Shown here: positions 61,101 to 64,000 of the stretch, piece after piece
Numbering within the stretch: the first letter of the stretch is position 1
How the letters are laid out: the number at the start of each line of letters is the position of its first letter
From: Octopus bimaculoides
Lineage: Eukaryota
DNA length: 64,000 bases
Assembly: GCF_001194135.2 (NCBI RefSeq)
Contig: NC_068986.1
Coordinates: 68,476,606 to 68,540,605, forward strand
Reading direction: 5' to 3'
Program-made: the position numbers and the translations under genes
The notes under the pieces: generated by a model
Seen by the model: the letters and a program-made list of their open reading frames with translations, nothing else
What the model was told of the DNA's origin: nothing
The model's database searches: none

Positions 61101-63863
61101 CTCGACGTCGTAAGCGACGGAGTGCCAACAACAACTAGACTAGGAGCACTTAACTTCCACATTATATTTATTTTCTTACAAACTATTCTCATTATCATTG
61201 ATATTCTAATTCCACTTTAAAGGAGATTAGTTGGCAAGAGAGAGAATTTTAAATAAAGACACCTGTTTTTGTCTTCTTTATTGTATTTTAACCTCTCATC
61301 ACCTGGTATAAAGCCATTTCCATCAATACTACATAAACCTCAGTTGGGAGGTCTTGTCATGTGAGTTTTCTGTTAACGTCCCTGGCACCAGTGTCACATA
61401 AAAAGCACCCAATACTCTGTGAAGTGGTTGGCACTAGAAAGGGCATCCAACCATAGAAACCATTGCAAAGCAGATATTGGAGCTTAGTGCAGTTTCTATA
61501 GCTTGTCGGCTCCTCTTGACCTGTCCCACCTGTACCAGCATGGAAAATGGATATTAAACAATGATGGTGATGAAAAATATGAATAAATATTGGTTTGTTT
61601 TTTCTTAATTTTTCCCCTTTGTTATAATTTTCAGGAAGATTTTTATATTGGAGCTCAAAAATATGCACAAGTTACCGAGCTATCAAAACGAATTGCAGAA
61701 TGGGAAGAAAAAATCATTCCAAAACTCCAGGAAGAAGTAAGTTCTTATCTTATTTATGAAGAAATCTCTGTCAGTGTTTGATCATTTTGTAACAGCTATT
61801 ATTTTACATGCCTCAGTAAATTAGTCAAAATATATAATTCAATAAATCACTCCAGTTTAACATGTTAAATAGAATGTCTATTCAACATATGCTACAAATG
61901 ATTGGAAATGCATTTTGAAAAATTCTTCGGAAGGGTTTTTTTAGCAAAAAGAATAAAATTTTAATGTTTGGTATTCTGTTACTTTTGCATGATTCAGTAT
62001 TTAGTTGATATAATTAACTTCAATCTAATATTGGAGTAAAACTTCAAACTATGTAACAGTTAAACTTTTCAAATTTTTATTGGGTTTTTTTTTCCCTTTT
62101 TTCTCAGGAACAACATGGACCATTTGACATTCATGAGTATGGTACAACGATAATCAATTCTCTCCAATTAGGAAATAAATTTCCATTAGCCAAATTGATG
62201 AGTGGGAAACCGACATACGAAATTGGACGTCTGTTTTTATCAACATTGATGCTGGTGAGTGTGAATAAAACCTGTAATTACATTTCACCTAAATTTATTA
62301 AGCTTCAAACCTGAAATGATGTAACTTACTATTGTTTGGTGGTAGTAATTAGAATTAATTAGTTTTGAAAGTTATTATTTTTAGTATTTACAGTACTAAT
62401 GGTATTAGATATGTCCATGTTGATATTATGATCATCATTTAACATCTGTTTTCCTTGTGGGCATGGGTTGGACAATTTGACATGAGCTGGCAAGCCAGAC
62501 AACTGCACCAGGCTTCACTGTCTGTTTTGGCATGGTTTTTATGGCTGGACGCTCTTCCTGATGCCAACCACCTTACAGAGTGGACTGAGTGAAATTATGA
62601 ATCTTAAGAGTATAACTTCTTAAGTGGTTTGTTGGAGATTTTCCTGCCACTAAAGTAATTTGTCAACAAAGATATGTATGTTTTGTTGATTTAAACATTA
62701 AAAAAAAAACTGCTTCTATAGTTGCCAGATTTGGTGCTTTAAATCATAAAGGATGTACAATTCATCATTAACAATACTGGTTTATTGTACATTACTTCTC
62801 TCTAATACATATACATGCACAATCATGTCATTTCTTAAAATCATTGGTCAATTTATAAGATTCTTGAGTTATTATGACACAACAGTATCCATCCAAGGGT
62901 AACACATCTTCAAAGTAAACTCTCACCAGCTACTTTCTCAGTTTCTTCTGATCTATTCCCTGTACACTACTGTGGACATGTGGTGGAAATTTGCCAAACT
63001 AGATTATATTTATAATTAAATACCTCTCAAGCAATGCAACAGACAACATGATCTTACAATTTAATGAACAAATTTGACAATGATATTGGAGGACATTAAA
63101 AGAAAAAAAATAAGACCTGGTATTTAAAATATTAATTTCTTTTGACTATGAACAAAACTGATGTAAAATTGGACAATGAATAATACTCCCTTTTCTAAGA
63201 ATGTTAACAGTATATGTAAAGGGAAATTGAAACCAGATTGCAGATTTGGTTTCATAGAAGCTTAACATCTGATAAACACCAACCATGTTGATCAAATATT
63301 GTAGAGTTTGTATGTTATGGGAACTGAGAGTACTAAATTTTGAAGCTGAAATGTTTGTACTTATGTCTCCCTATGGCAACAAACCTATACTAATTTAAGA
63401 ATTTTATTGAAAGGGAACAGCTGCTTTTGAAACTGCAAGCAGAGTTGAAATGTTCAGACCACTACCTGTTTCCTCAAACTATTTTCTGACCAAATAGTGT
63501 TCTCTTACTTAGATACAAGGCCCAAATATTGTATGGGGTTGAGGGACAAAGATCCTGGTGGATTTGAACTCAGAAGGACATAATTAAATATTTAAAAGAT
63601 ATTTGAGCTGCTGTCATGTACTTTTTGCTATCTTTTATTTAAATGCTTCACTCTAAAATTTCCTTATCCACTTTATCTGAAACTTTTTTTGTGTGTCTCT
63701 TTAATTTAAAATAAAGGCCAACACTGGAAATGTGGAACTTTCTTGTACTGGAGTTCTAGAAGATGCCATGGATAAAGCCGAAGTTACACTGATCCGGAGA
63801 AGCCAACATTTTGAAGAATTAGAACAATATGTTGCTCCATCATTGGTACATAAAGATAAATAG
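30130..63863 (+). CDS. NCAPH2: Condensin-2 complex subunit H2 (kleisin beta), 18 coding exons, 603 aa: join(30130-30240,35955-36053,37507-37562,40733-40811,46015-46074,46493-46572,48964-49103,49992-50119,50234-50329,51687-51756,54013-54144,57044-57168,58297-58363,59262-59375,60357-60415,61635-61736,62108-62254,63717-63863)
   Basis: Manual splicing gives one open frame of 1812 nt with GT-AG introns and matching phases. N-terminus [83 protein letters not shown] and C-terminus [14 protein letters not shown]...[33 protein letters not shown]...[14 protein letters not shown] match the conserved CAP-H2 N- and C-terminal domains as I recall them (human [21 protein letters not shown]; [26 protein letters not shown]; PFDIHTYG; LQLANDYTVEI). 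Confidence 0.95.
32505..34400 (-). mobile_element. Decayed RTE LINE (RT-region fragments plus 3' UTR)
   Basis: Minus-strand [25 protein letters not shown] (RT motif, cf. AFVDLEKAFD.V), then C-terminal remnants and the family C tail. Confidence 0.82.
34404..34712 (+). mobile_element. tRNA-headed SINE family D (second copy ~58418-58660)
   Basis: GGATGGCTTAGTGGTTAGGGTG...GGTTCGATTCCCAGACC head; body TGTTCTTGAGCAAA...CATTTGATCACTATAAACAAATC is shared with the 58.4 kb copy. Confidence 0.82.
35955..36053 (+). CDS. NCAPH2: NCAPH2 coding exon 2
   Basis: tttttcag|; [33 protein letters not shown]; AAG|gtgagg, phase 0. Confidence 0.95.
37507..37562 (+). CDS. NCAPH2: NCAPH2 coding exon 3
   Basis: tctcag|; [18 protein letters not shown](R); AG|gtaagt, phase 2. 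Confidence 0.95.
38035..39388 (-). mobile_element. 5'-truncated Penelope-like element: GIY-YIG endonuclease C-terminal region, 3' terminal repeat and an inverted partial repeat (39281-39388)
   Basis: [27 protein letters not shown]...[18 protein letters not shown]...[25 protein letters not shown] and CGLCNME...[13 protein letters not shown] match the PLE endonuclease/C-terminal pattern. 39281-39388 is the reverse complement of ~38100-38225. Confidence 0.85.
38132..38209 (-). ncRNA. Minimal type-I hammerhead ribozyme fold (core position G5 changed to C)
   Basis: Minus strand reads GUUGCCAUU-AG-UAG CUCAUGA GAAU..(23 nt)..AUUC GAAA CUCCGAG UA^ CUA-A-AAUGACAAC. Stem I with an internal loop, stem II GAAU/AUUC, short near-palindromic stem III, GUA cleavage triplet. 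Confidence 0.75.
39390..40245 (-). mobile_element. Tc1-like transposon relic
   Basis: TA|CAGGGGTTGGGCAAAATAATGGAGACACC terminus. [31 protein letters not shown]...[10 protein letters not shown] and [15 protein letters not shown] motifs; deletions and frameshifts; other end not seen. Confidence 0.9.
40733..40811 (+). CDS. NCAPH2: NCAPH2 coding exon 4
   Basis: ttctag|A; [26 protein letters not shown]; GAG|gtatgt. Phases fit both neighbours. Confidence 0.85.
41340..41760. repeat. Unclassified interspersed repeat; second fragment at ~47880-48050
   Basis: Shared CTCTCAA.CATGGCT.TGATGC.CCC..CTA ... GGGACATGTTCAA.TGGTTAA segment. Confidence 0.55.
42150..44200. mobile_element. SINE family A copies (- 42150-42350; + 42380-42930; + 43730-44200), with gaps inside their microsatellites
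   Basis: Family A motifs; N-runs at 42580-42639 and 43835-43960 fall in the internal (TA)n. Confidence 0.8.
45807..45899. mobile_element. ~93 bp pogo/Tc2-like mini-MITE
   Basis: TA|CCATATTTCCCCGGCATACAAGT ... ACTTATATGCCAGAAAATATGA imperfect TIRs. Confidence 0.55.
46015..46074 (+). CDS. NCAPH2: NCAPH2 coding exon 5
   Basis: ttcttcag|; [20 protein letters not shown] (cf. FLSLDDF...NVDLK); AAG|gtttgt. Confidence 0.88.
46493..46572 (+). CDS. NCAPH2: NCAPH2 coding exon 6
   Basis: ttttaccag|; [26 protein letters not shown](S) (cf. IIPLLPMALVAPDEMEKNNNPLYS); AG|gttagt, phase 2. Confidence 0.92.
47558..47760 (+). mobile_element. Tc1-like terminal fragment
   Basis: TA|CAGTGCCTTGCGAAAGT typical Tc1 TIR start; partner TIR not found. 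Confidence 0.55.
48477..48874. mobile_element. Foldback/MITE with ~170 bp inverted arms (48477-48648 / 48701-48874)
   Basis: GTCTACGGAGAGTCATTATG...TCAAAGTTCTT is mirrored by AAGAACTTTGA...CATAATGACTCTCTGTAGAC. Confidence 0.85.
48964..49103 (+). CDS. NCAPH2: NCAPH2 coding exon 7
   Basis: attccag|T; [46 protein letters not shown] (cf. RQGEVLASRKDFRMNT); G|gtgagt, phase 1. Confidence 0.92.
49548..49690 (+). mobile_element. RTE LINE internal fragment
   Basis: [22 protein letters not shown]...[15 protein letters not shown] resembles the RTE post-RT GLKVN..KTKVM...WPC..C.KGVG segment. Confidence 0.7.
49773..49925 (+). pseudogene. Duplicated, donor-less copy of NCAPH2 coding exon 7 (pseudo-exon)
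   Basis: 153 bp direct repeat of 48932-49084 with 9 substitutions. Acceptor retained (exon start 49805); the last 19 exon bases and the donor are missing. Confidence 0.9.
49992..50119 (+). CDS. NCAPH2: NCAPH2 coding exon 8
   Basis: ttttcattag|CA; (A)[42 protein letters not shown]; AAG|gtattg. Acidic linker, phase-consistent. Confidence 0.8.
50234..50329 (+). CDS. NCAPH2: NCAPH2 coding exon 9
   Basis: ttggcatag|; [32 protein letters not shown]; AAA|gtatgt. Confidence 0.8.
51687..51756 (+). CDS. NCAPH2: NCAPH2 coding exon 10
   Basis: tttgctag|; [23 protein letters not shown](G) (cf. PDPWQSLDPFDSLESKPFKKG); G|gtgagt. Confidence 0.92.
54013..54144 (+). CDS. NCAPH2: NCAPH2 coding exon 11
   Basis: ggttgcag|GT; [43 protein letters not shown] (basic NLS-like stretch); T|gtaagt. 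Confidence 0.9.
54863..55332 (+). mobile_element. SINE family A, full-length reference copy
   Basis: tRNA-like head, body, internal (TG)n(TA)n, second body, tail CAAGTAAAAGAG. Confidence 0.88.
55590..55885 (-). mobile_element. CR1/L2-group LINE 3' fragment
   Basis: [19 protein letters not shown] ... [24 protein letters not shown] resembles the conserved ORF2 C-terminus of this group. Confidence 0.6.
57044..57168 (+). CDS. NCAPH2: NCAPH2 coding exon 12
   Basis: tatttttcag|TA; (L)[41 protein letters not shown]; ATG|gtcagt. Confidence 0.87.
58297..58363 (+). CDS. NCAPH2: NCAPH2 coding exon 13
   Basis: ctttttag|; [22 protein letters not shown]; G|gtaatt. Confidence 0.8.
59262..59375 (+). CDS. 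NCAPH2: NCAPH2 coding exon 14
   Basis: tcttttcag|AT; (D)[37 protein letters not shown]; G|gtttgt. Confidence 0.82.
60357..60415 (+). CDS. NCAPH2: NCAPH2 coding exon 15
   Basis: Long pyrimidine tract, tttaag|AA; (E)[19 protein letters not shown] (cf. LSYEELVRRNV); ATT|gtaagt. Confidence 0.92.
60748..61133 (+). mobile_element. Young tRNA-headed SINE (family E) with an 11 bp TSD
   Basis: ACTAGACTAGG at 60737-60747 and 61134-61144. Head GGAGGCGCAATGGCCCAGTGGTTAGGGC...GGTTTCGATTCCC, retained CpGs, (AAC)n tail. Confidence 0.92.
61635..61736 (+). CDS. NCAPH2: NCAPH2 coding exon 16
   Basis: ttttcag|; [34 protein letters not shown]; GAA|gtaagt. Confidence 0.95.
62108..62254 (+). CDS. NCAPH2: NCAPH2 coding exon 17
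   Basis: ttctcag|; [49 protein letters not shown]; CTG|gtgagt. Confidence 0.95.
63717..63863 (+). CDS. NCAPH2: NCAPH2 coding exon 18 (terminal, stop TAG 63861-63863)
   Basis: aataaag|; [48 protein letters not shown] (cf. ANDYTVEI...FQTYAAPS). Confidence 0.92.
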   Translation, partial: ANTGNVELSCTGVLEDAMDKAEVTLIRRSQHFEELEQYVAPSLVHKDK

Positions 63864-64000
63864 AGCCTATTTTATTAGTTAAGATGGATCGTTTTGTTTA
63901 ACATGCGTTTTCCATGCTAGCATGGCTTCGCACGGAAGGAAGCTCAGCAGGACATTTATGACTGGATGCACTTCCTGTCACTAACCCTTACCTGTTTTTC

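Overview
AT-rich, microsatellite- and retroposon-dense animal genomic DNA with seven N-gaps. The repeat landscape suggests a coleoid cephalopod, probably Octopus (inference from recall, not a search). The main gene is a complete plus-strand condensin-II kleisin, NCAPH2 (CAP-H2). I reconstructed 18 coding exons by hand (ATG 30130 to TAG 63863). All introns are GT-AG and phase-consistent, and the CDS is 1812 nt (603 aa). A CpG-richer promoter with a CRE and two CCAAT boxes lies at about 24960-25280 and may be bidirectional: a chain of minus-strand exon candidates runs from there toward the left end of the window. The rest is transposon-derived: several tRNA-headed SINE families, RTE LINE fragments and their 3' tails, Tc1/mariner relics, foldback/MITE elements and Penelope-like elements (PLE). 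The most interesting signals are (i) a minimal type-I hammerhead ribozyme fold in a PLE terminal repeat inside an NCAPH2 intron, with a second inverted copy, (ii) a 94%-identical duplicate of an NCAPH2 coding exon that keeps its acceptor but has lost its donor, (iii) the candidate divergent gene, and (iv) long hairpins and inverted SINE pairs next to exons. I found no prokaryotic-type system such as CRISPR, an operon or a defence island. Most provided ORFs are microsatellite, N-run or repeat artefacts. Repeat boundaries are approximate unless a TSD or TIR is quoted.
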